A stretch of 32,000 nt of DNA from Fibrobacter succinogenes subsp. succinogenes S85 (lineage in GTDB: Bacteria; Fibrobacterota; Fibrobacteria; Fibrobacterales; Fibrobacteraceae). Made by a program: the position numbers and the translations under genes. Positions within the stretch are counted from its first letter, which is position 1. Every line of letters begins with the position of its first letter. Where the stretch lies: the NCBI RefSeq assembly GCF_000146505.1, contig NC_017448.1:2460001-2492000 (forward strand), in the 5' to 3' direction. The notes beneath the pieces were generated by a model. That model did no database searches, had not been told where the DNA came from, and saw only the letters and a program-made list of their open reading frames with translations. Below are positions 27,501 to 32,000 of this stretch, piece by piece.

Positions 27501-27701
27501 GTTGTTTCAATTCGGCATTCTTGCAATCCGAAATTGCCAAGCGTTTACACGGTCGAAATTCTTGATTTCGTAGGCCAAAAGGATGAGTTTGTGCAAATGC
27601 TTTACGACCGCACGCCGACATTGCCACAACGCTTGCGTTTTGGTGACGAGTATATTCGCAACCTTTGGACAAATCTAGGATGGCGAATTTTTAGAGCTTA
27701 A
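24564..27701 (+). CDS. fusion protein: periplasmic GH5 endoglucanase + BcsA/CcsA-like processive GT2 beta-glycan synthase + PilZ-like C-terminal barrel
   Basis: - Signal/anchor: MAMRKFLFVLLLVLSFVSFAVA.
- GH5 blocks: VLKGASTHGLAWFPQF; IFEICNEPNG (acid/base Glu codon 25047-25049); FVTESG (nucleophile Glu codon 25308-25310).
- Three TM helices lie at about 25606-25930.
- GT2 motifs: STYNEP; CDDN (26124-26132); FDADM (26268-26276); TED (26589-26597); QRTRW (26703-26717).
- More TM helices follow.
- The last roughly 120 aa are barrel-like.
- There is no Shine-Dalgarno. The sigma70-like hexamers TTGCAA(24529)-17 nt-TATCTT(24552) end 6 nt before the ATG. Confidence 0.9.
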   Translation: MAMRKFLFVLLLVLSFVSFAVASNTVARPSTSGKLHVVGSEIHDEHGNVVVLKGASTHGLAWFPQFVNNGLFKQLSTEWNANLIRLAMYSKDYVEGNRKKTLELLRKGVEYAIANDMYVLVDWHVLEDQNPNVYLAEAISFFNEMARDYANVPNVIFEICNEPNGDCTWEDIKEYAHVVIPVIRRHKPDALIVIGTPNYAREIQYPAEDPLPFDNVMYSFHFYATSHTYVFRAKLRNVMKRGTPIFVTESGLCEESGDGKINFESVKLWYSLLDSLHMSYVVWNLSNKEEESSMIRDGSRAVEYLTDKDLTLSGRFAKALFQGKPIDQITLEYSAIENFKILARSKPHKVWLMFAGPLFVFLILSLALEKYRKRSKNKIIRSYDDLLKYSTDEAAKKFNKSPLKVILGDMFLLFSSLCTLVYLCWRVTCSIPFAYGWIAVAGSILLLVVEILGFFESFVHYGGLFKLRDHPLPKIADEEFPDVDIFISTYNEPVELLRKTIIGCKCMEYPDKSKVHICLCDDNRRPEMRALAEELGVIYFDRPDNKGAKAGNLNAALARTSSPYVVTFDADMIPQRKFLLKTIPYFVDADRINASLPKERRRSLGFIQTPQSFYTPDVFQHNLYAERVVPNEQDYFYDVIEAAKTSTNSVIYGGSNTILSRKALEDIGGFYTKSITEDFATGMLIESAGYVSLGLSEPLASGVAPSTFQEHVQQRTRWGRGVIATAKQLKFLRNRKLNISQKMSYLNSVLYWFSPIKNLIYLISPLMFAVLCIPIFKCTLVDLALFWLPMHILQIAALRVTSQGKTSAQWSGIYETSVMPFLLMPVVKEVFGITLSKFKVTKKEKASFRRVVDKRSLVPFAILLVLTLAGIVHMTYMMVTLEYIGILAVLFWLVRNSYYLTMCLFLGFGRDSDGENVNVFAAELVSLHKCDGKLVDGVTTRLTEHSVDVYVDEVDALYLGEQVELGISTDANDLNVKGTVVSIRHSCNPKLPSVYTVEILDFVGQKDEFVQMLYDRTPTLPQRLRFGDEYIRNLWTNLGWRIFRA

Positions 27702-29002
27702 TTGGCTTCCTTGTCCTTAGGCAATACCAAATTCAAGACTACGGCGAGGATGAATACCACGGCGACGCAGTTTTCGGCGAAGATGGTCTGGATGATCTGC
27801 GGGAAAATTTTGAACATCTGCGATGCGGATGTGAATCCTAGGCCGGTGCTTAAGGACAAGCTAACGATAATCATGTTGCGCTGCGAGAATCCGCTTTTCG
27901 CAATCATGCCGAATCCTGCGAAGAGGATGGAACCGAACATCATGATGGTGCAGCCGCCGAGGACGGCTTGCGGGATGGTCGTGAGGAGTGTGCCTACGGG
28001 CGGGAAGAGGCCGCCGAGGAGCATGATGCCTGCGCTTGTCGCAATGGCGAAACGGTTCACGACGCCAGAGAGCGAGGCGAGGCCGACGTTCTGGCTGAAG
28101 GATGTAATCGGGGTGCAGCCGAAGAGTCCGGAAATGGAGCTGACAAAGCCGTCGCAGCTGATGGCGCCTCCCATCTCGACTTTGTGAATTTGGCGCTTGA
28201 GGGCGCCGCTGCAAAGGGCGCTGGAGTCACCGACGGTTTCTGTGGCGGACACGAGATAGATGGCGATGACGGAGAGAATGGCGCCCAAGTTAAATTCCGG
28301 GGTGAACGGGAGGAACTTGGGGAGTGCGAAAAAGCCGTTGTTTGTGATGCCCGAGAAATCGACCATGCCCATGCAGAGTGCGAGAATGTAACCGACAATA
28401 AGGCCGACGAGCACGGAGAGCGAACGGAGGAATCCCTTGGCGAAAACTTGCGTGAGCAAACAAGTGAGGAGCGTGACGCTTCCGACGATCCAGTTCTGTG
28501 CAGAGCCGAAGTCAGCGGCGCCTTGACCGCCTGCGAATGAATTAGCGCCGATGGGCAAAAGCGAAAATCCGATGGAGGTCACGACGGTAGCCGCAACGAT
28601 GTGTGGGATGAGCTTGAGCCAGTATTTGGCGCAGAGGCCGAGAAGTCCTTCGACGATACCGCCGACGATGACGGCGCCCATGAGCGTTCCCATGCCTTGC
28701 GACACTCCGATGGAAATGGAAACGGAGAGGAATGTGAAACTGATGCCCATGACGATGGGGAGTCGGGAGCCGATTTTCCAAACGGGGTAGAGCTGGATGA
28801 GTGTGCCGATGCTTGCGATAATCATGCAGTTCTGGATAAGCGAGGCGGTGAGGCCTTTTTCAATCCCGACGACGTTTGCAAGGATGATGATCGGCGTAAT
28901 GTTGCTCACGAACATGGCGAGCACGTGCTGCAAGCCGAATGGAATTGCCTGTAAAAGCGGAACGCGTCCGTCAAGCTGGTAGATGTTGTCCGAAGTCTTC
29001 AT
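27698..29002 (-). CDS. pbuX: NCS2-family xanthine/uracil permease
   Basis: At 434 aa it is a polytopic protein resembling a nucleobase:cation symporter-2. It lies immediately downstream of xpt, as in the Bacillus xpt-pbuX operon. Confidence 0.85.
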   Translation of the reverse strand: MKTSDNIYQLDGRVPLLQAIPFGLQHVLAMFVSNITPIIILANVVGIEKGLTASLIQNCMIIASIGTLIQLYPVWKIGSRLPIVMGISFTFLSVSISIGVSQGMGTLMGAVIVGGIVEGLLGLCAKYWLKLIPHIVAATVVTSIGFSLLPIGANSFAGGQGAADFGSAQNWIVGSVTLLTCLLTQVFAKGFLRSLSVLVGLIVGYILALCMGMVDFSGITNNGFFALPKFLPFTPEFNLGAILSVIAIYLVSATETVGDSSALCSGALKRQIHKVEMGGAISCDGFVSSISGLFGCTPITSFSQNVGLASLSGVVNRFAIATSAGIMLLGGLFPPVGTLLTTIPQAVLGGCTIMMFGSILFAGFGMIAKSGFSQRNMIIVSLSLSTGLGFTSASQMFKIFPQIIQTIFAENCVAVVFILAVVLNLVLPKDKEAN

Positions 29003-29041
29003 GCTTTACCTTGAATAATTTGCCTGCGGCAATCTATCTAG

Positions 29042-29623
29042 TTACTGTTCGCGGAACTTGATGAATCCAGTTTCGGGGTCCATGCTATCGACGATGGCGA
29101 TGGATTCGAGGCGGACGCCAGCGGCGCGGAGCTTTGCTCCACCGGGCTGCATGCCCTTTTCAATCGCGATGCCGACGCCGACAAGCTCGGCGCCTGCTTG
29201 TTTCACGAGGTCGATGAGCGCCTTGCTGGCTTCACCATCGGCGAGGAAGTCGTCAACAATCAGAATCTTGTCGGTCGGCTTGAGGTACGGGCGCGAAACG
29301 AAAATGTCGTTGAACTTTTTGTGCGTGAAGGAATATGCCTTGGCAACGTACTTGTCGTCGGTGCTGTTGACGGTCTGGCCCTTCTTGGCGAATACCACGG
29401 GCACGTCGTTCAGGTAGGCGATAAATGCCGCGATAGCGATACCGCTTGCCTCGATGGTGAGCACCTTATTGAACTGGACGTCGGCAAAACGGCGTTTGAA
29501 CTCTTCGCCGATTTTTTGCATCAGGCGGATGTCAATTTGGTGGTTTAAGAAACTGTCAACTTTAAGGACGTTGCCGGGTTTGACTACGCCATCGGCAAGG
29601 ATTTTTTGCTCAAGGAAGTTCAT
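29042..29623 (-). CDS. xpt: xanthine phosphoribosyltransferase
   Basis: It is strongly collinear with Bacillus Xpt as I recall it (VLKVDSFLNHQIDIRLMQKIGEEFKRRF; PRPP-binding loop ILIVDDFLADGEA). Confidence 0.9.
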   Translation of the reverse strand: MNFLEQKILADGVVKPGNVLKVDSFLNHQIDIRLMQKIGEEFKRRFADVQFNKVLTIEASGIAIAAFIAYLNDVPVVFAKKGQTVNSTDDKYVAKAYSFTHKKFNDIFVSRPYLKPTDKILIVDDFLADGEASKALIDLVKQAGAELVGVGIAIEKGMQPGGAKLRAAGVRLESIAIVDSMDPETGFIKFREQ

Positions 29624-29756
29624 GCATGAAATCTAGCAAAAAGCGCCATTTTTGCAATTATTCGAATTGCTTACATTATGGGGTGAGATTGTCGGAATTT
29701 CCTTAGAAGTGGGCGAAATGTCGAAAAACGGGACGCTTGAACATGTGTTGCGTGAA

Positions 29757-29788
29757 GTGATTAATCAGTGATTAAATCGATTAATCAC
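29757..29788. promoter_or_regulatory. three adjacent GATTAATC-type palindromes (candidate operator array)
   Basis: The sequence is gtgattaatca / gtgattaaatc / gattaatcac, with cores starting at 29759, 29770 and 29779. The outer arms form an 11-bp inverted repeat. It lies in the divergent spacer between xpt and the Rpn-like gene. Confidence 0.4.
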
Positions 29789-29794
29789 TTTTTC

Positions 29795-29810
29795 GCAAAT
29801 TGCAATTTGC
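29795..29810. promoter_or_regulatory. perfect 16-bp palindrome GCAAATTGCAATTTGC (candidate operator)
   Basis: Verified by eye as self-complementary. The half-sites (C)GCAAA resemble LacI/PurR-type half-sites but with different spacing. Confidence 0.4.
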
Positions 29811-29869
29811 CGTTTTTCGCGTGAAATTAGCATTTTTTCGGTTGGCATGAATTTCGCATATATTGCCGC

Positions 29870-30796
29870 ATGAAAAAGAAAAATGTTACTACTCACAAGT
29901 CACTCGAAGACTATCTCGTAAAGCCGGGCGAACAAAGTCCGTATGCAAATTTGTTGATTGATCTCGCTTTTAAGAAAGCGTTTGACCCAGACAAACCTGT
30001 CAGCCGCGAAAACCTAGTGAACCTGTTGAACGACCTTTTGGCTCCGCAACTCAAGCATCCCATCAAGAGCGTGAAAACCCGCAATGTGGCTAAAAATCTG
30101 AGCGGAAGTAAGGTGTCCCGCACGGCGATTTTTGACTTACACTGCGAAGACGATGCTGGAAATTTGATAGAAATTGAAGTTCAGATTCGTGAAATGGACA
30201 ACTTCTTGAAACGTCTTGCGTTCTATGCGAGTGAACTTGTTGCGAACCAGGCGGAACCCGGTGAATGGGATTATGACGTGAAGCCGACTTATGTCATTGC
30301 TCTTGCTCAGTACCGCATTTTCGAAAATGACAATCGAATTGTTCACCGCGCTACGACTTTGGATTTGGAAACCGGCGAACAGATTATGGATGCGTATAAC
30401 TATACGATTATTGAACTTTCGAAGGTCCCGTTCTTTATCGGCAAGGACAATCTTAGCAAATGGCTGTTCTTTTTCCGTTATTTGGATAAGCTGCGAGAGC
30501 TCCCCGAAGAGCTTTCTGACAAAAAATTCAAACAGTTGACGGAGAGTTCCAAAGTATCTAAATTCAGTAAAAAAGAATTCGAGGCTTATCAGAAAATGCA
30601 TCACGACAGATGGGATCATAATGTCCTTAGACGGGGCTTCTTTGAGGAATTCGCGGATGAAATCAACGCGGAGATTTCTAAAAATGTATCTAAAAATACT
30701 CGTGAAATTGCGAAGAAGATGAAAAGCAAGAATATGCCTATTGAAGAAATTATTGAATTTACCGGCCTTACCGAAGAAGAGGTCAAGGCTCTATAG
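29870..30796 (+). CDS. Rpn-family / PD-(D/E)XK (PDDEXK_2) recombination-promoting nuclease or putative transposase
   Basis: The family-typical layout is present: N-terminal LIDLAFKKAF, the nuclease core AIFDLHCEDDAGNLIEIEVQ and RLAFYASEL. The C-terminal tail is MPIEEIIEFTGLTEEEVKAL. Confidence 0.85.
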   Translation: MKKKNVTTHKSLEDYLVKPGEQSPYANLLIDLAFKKAFDPDKPVSRENLVNLLNDLLAPQLKHPIKSVKTRNVAKNLSGSKVSRTAIFDLHCEDDAGNLIEIEVQIREMDNFLKRLAFYASELVANQAEPGEWDYDVKPTYVIALAQYRIFENDNRIVHRATTLDLETGEQIMDAYNYTIIELSKVPFFIGKDNLSKWLFFFRYLDKLRELPEELSDKKFKQLTESSKVSKFSKKEFEAYQKMHHDRWDHNVLRRGFFEEFADEINAEISKNVSKNTREIAKKMKSKNMPIEEIIEFTGLTEEEVKAL

Positions 30797-31368
30797 ATTC
30801 TCGTTGTTGCTACGATTGGGCTTTGAAGAAAATGAAATAAGTAATCCCAATGAACGATGGTGATTGATTTACTAAGTCTGTTTTGGAGGAGTGAGGGGAG
30901 AAAGGTCTTTTTTTGCATAATTCTATGGCTTTTTTAATGTGCTCATATAGGCGTATAAGCTCTTTTTTTCTACTATTCTTAATGAAATATTTGAGTTTTG
31001 CTCTTGTTCTCTAGTTCGAAATACCGCTAATACTTCAAACAGAGAAGAACAAGGCAACGCTCACGCGGTCATGTTGTTTTCAACATGACTCGATGTGCCG
31101 CATCTACAGAAATGTGGATTTTGGTGCATTGCCCTTTGGCCGCATGCGGCGGTGCTTTTCTCGAATCGAGAAAGGTCTTTGGGGGCGTGGGTTGTTTCGC
31201 CTGTTTCTTTGTTGGGCACTTAGCGGTAGCCTCGAACTAAGGCGGGTGGACCTGCGCCCCTTTTTATTTCATAAAATAGCGCAACCTACTGTCAGAACGA
31301 GAGCGTACTGGCAGAGGTTTGATTGGCTAATAAAAAGACAACATTGCGTATTGACAATGAGGAATTAC

Positions 31369-32000
31369 ATGAAAGTTCCGGTTTTCTTTCTGCGCAAGTC
31401 TTTTGGTGTCAATCTTGTCGTGTTCCTATAATCACATCTCCAGAGCAGATTAATGGTGTTAATGGCAAAAGCGTATGTCCACTTTGTCATTCAACAACAA
31501 CATTTCTGTCAACAGATTTGCGTCCGGTCTTTCCAGAGGAAAGATTGCTGTTGGAACTTCTGTTAGCTCACAATCAACCTTTGAAATATTCGGAGTGCTC
31601 TGTATGGGCTCTTGATAGCCGTTATTATATCGACGGAAAGATGAAGTCCATTCCTTCAAAGACCTTTCGAACGGAAGATTGCGATGTCCTTTCCGCATTG
31701 ATTAAGGAAAGCGAAAAAAACAATAAATCCAAGAAAGTTCAAGCATGTTTTGATGACTTCAAAAATAAATTTATTGCTGCTAACAAAAATCGCCTCAACG
31801 CCCTGATTAGCGAAGCACATGCTTTTATTAAGAAAGAAGCCGCCAACTATCCAGAAGAAAACATTGTTCTGTCTTTCTCTGGGGGTAAGGATTCTTCCGT
31901 TACAGCGGACATTGTGACGAAAGCATTAGGTAATCCGAGTCTTGTTCATATTTTCGGTAACACAACATTGGAATTTCCGCAAACGGTTGAATACGCAAAA
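31369..32000 (+). pseudogene. Zn-ribbon + PP-loop (PAPS reductase/DndC-like, SGGKDS) gene, apparently frameshifted; 3' end outside the window
   Basis: This gene is not in the supplied ORF track.
- Start: GAGGA plus ATG at 31369, read in the codon phase that starts at 31369.
- Main reading: a 188-codon open frame at 31323-31889, one nucleotide behind that phase. It encodes FWCQSCRVPI...CPLCHS (Cys codons 31407, 31416, 31476, 31485) and ...ALISEAHAFIKKEAANYPEE.
- Second switch: after the A5 run at 31858-31862 the sense continues in the 31369 phase again, as NIVLSFSGGKDSSVTADIV (31861 onward; PP-loop SGGKDS at 31879-31896).
- The end runs off the window. Confidence 0.6.

Noticed and set aside
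27290-27640. Calling the C-terminal domain of the synthase a functional c-di-GMP-binding PilZ domain linked to the cyclase at 2851.
   Set aside because: The position and barrel-like pattern fit PilZ. The canonical RxxxR and D/NxSxxG motifs are not recognisable, so I call it only PilZ-like and leave the link to the cyclase unproven.
29624-29760. An expected guanine/purine riboswitch in the xpt leader.
   Set aside because: I read the minus-strand leader base by base. None of the conserved J1/2, L2, L3 or J2/3 sequences are present. Only a covariance-model scan could overturn this.
30925-31014. A 29-codon hydrophobic mini-ORF (MAFLMCSYRRISSFFLLFLMKYLSFALVL) that could be a type I toxin-like peptide.
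   Set aside because: It has no Shine-Dalgarno. It lies in T-rich sequence, where such ORFs arise by chance, and I could not define a paired antisense RNA. It is not supportable from sequence alone.
31205-31262. A tRNA-like look of ttagcggtagcctcgaactaaggcgggtggacc.
   Set aside because: It has no 7-bp acceptor stem, no GTTCGAATC-type T-loop and no proper anticodon arm. It does not fold as a cloverleaf by hand.
31093-31431. Track ORF of 112 aa on the plus strand.
   Set aside because: The translation is Cys/Arg/Phe-rich nonsense across the structured noncoding gap. Only its last 20 codons, from ATG 31369 with GAGGA, look real, and these probably form the N-terminus of the Zn-ribbon gene.
31459-31698. 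Track ORF of 79 aa on the minus strand.
   Set aside because: It is antisense to the clearly coding Zn-ribbon/linker frame on the plus strand, and it has no motifs or start context.
1-32000. CRISPR arrays, rRNA or tRNA genes, integrases or IS elements with terminal inverted repeats.
   Set aside because: I saw no regularly spaced 25-40-bp direct repeats, no rRNA- or tRNA-like segments, and no transposase or integrase ORF other than the Rpn-like gene.

Overview
By eye this is a mostly chromosomal segment of a Fibrobacter-like (Fibrobacterota) genome. The pointers are a TIGR02147-type Fibrobacter paralogous-family gene, CE2 and GH5 carbohydrate-active enzymes, and many lipoproteins. About 27 protein genes are supportable, and no rRNA, tRNA or CRISPR was seen.

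Layout, left to right:
- 1-7141: an unknown gene, a CE2/SGNH esterase, a membrane diguanylate cyclase with a CBM-like periplasmic sensor, a small lipoprotein, and a TIGR02147 gene translationally coupled to a large internally duplicated lipoprotein.
- 7188-12075: a tightly coupled housekeeping operon, ispA-dxs-SpoU/TrmH methyltransferase-pyrF.
- 12151-16119: a membrane protein, a convergent MCE/MlaD plus TPR-like pair, and an M18 aminopeptidase.
- 16142-27701: an envelope-glycan style cluster. It holds two divergent acyltransferase-3 genes, a GT-C glycosyltransferase fused to an NPCBM module, an ArnT/PMT-like GT-C enzyme, two secreted TPR proteins (one with a long Q/N/D-rich tract), a lipoprotein, and a single 1045-aa polypeptide that fuses a periplasmic GH5 endoglucanase to a BcsA-like processive GT2 synthase with a PilZ-like tail.
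- 27698-29623: an xpt-pbuX purine salvage operon on the minus strand. No purine riboswitch is visible, but several palindromes lie upstream.
- 29870-32000: a visibly AT-richer block with an Rpn/PD-(D/E)XK nuclease gene, a 570-bp noncoding gap, and a Zn-ribbon plus PP-loop (SGGKDS) PAPS-reductase-family gene. That gene is missing from the supplied ORF track and appears interrupted at homopolymer runs.

A recurring oddity is short tandem arrays of 7-nt units at five places, two of them inside coding sequence.

All family calls rest on motif recognition by eye. No search or computation was run.
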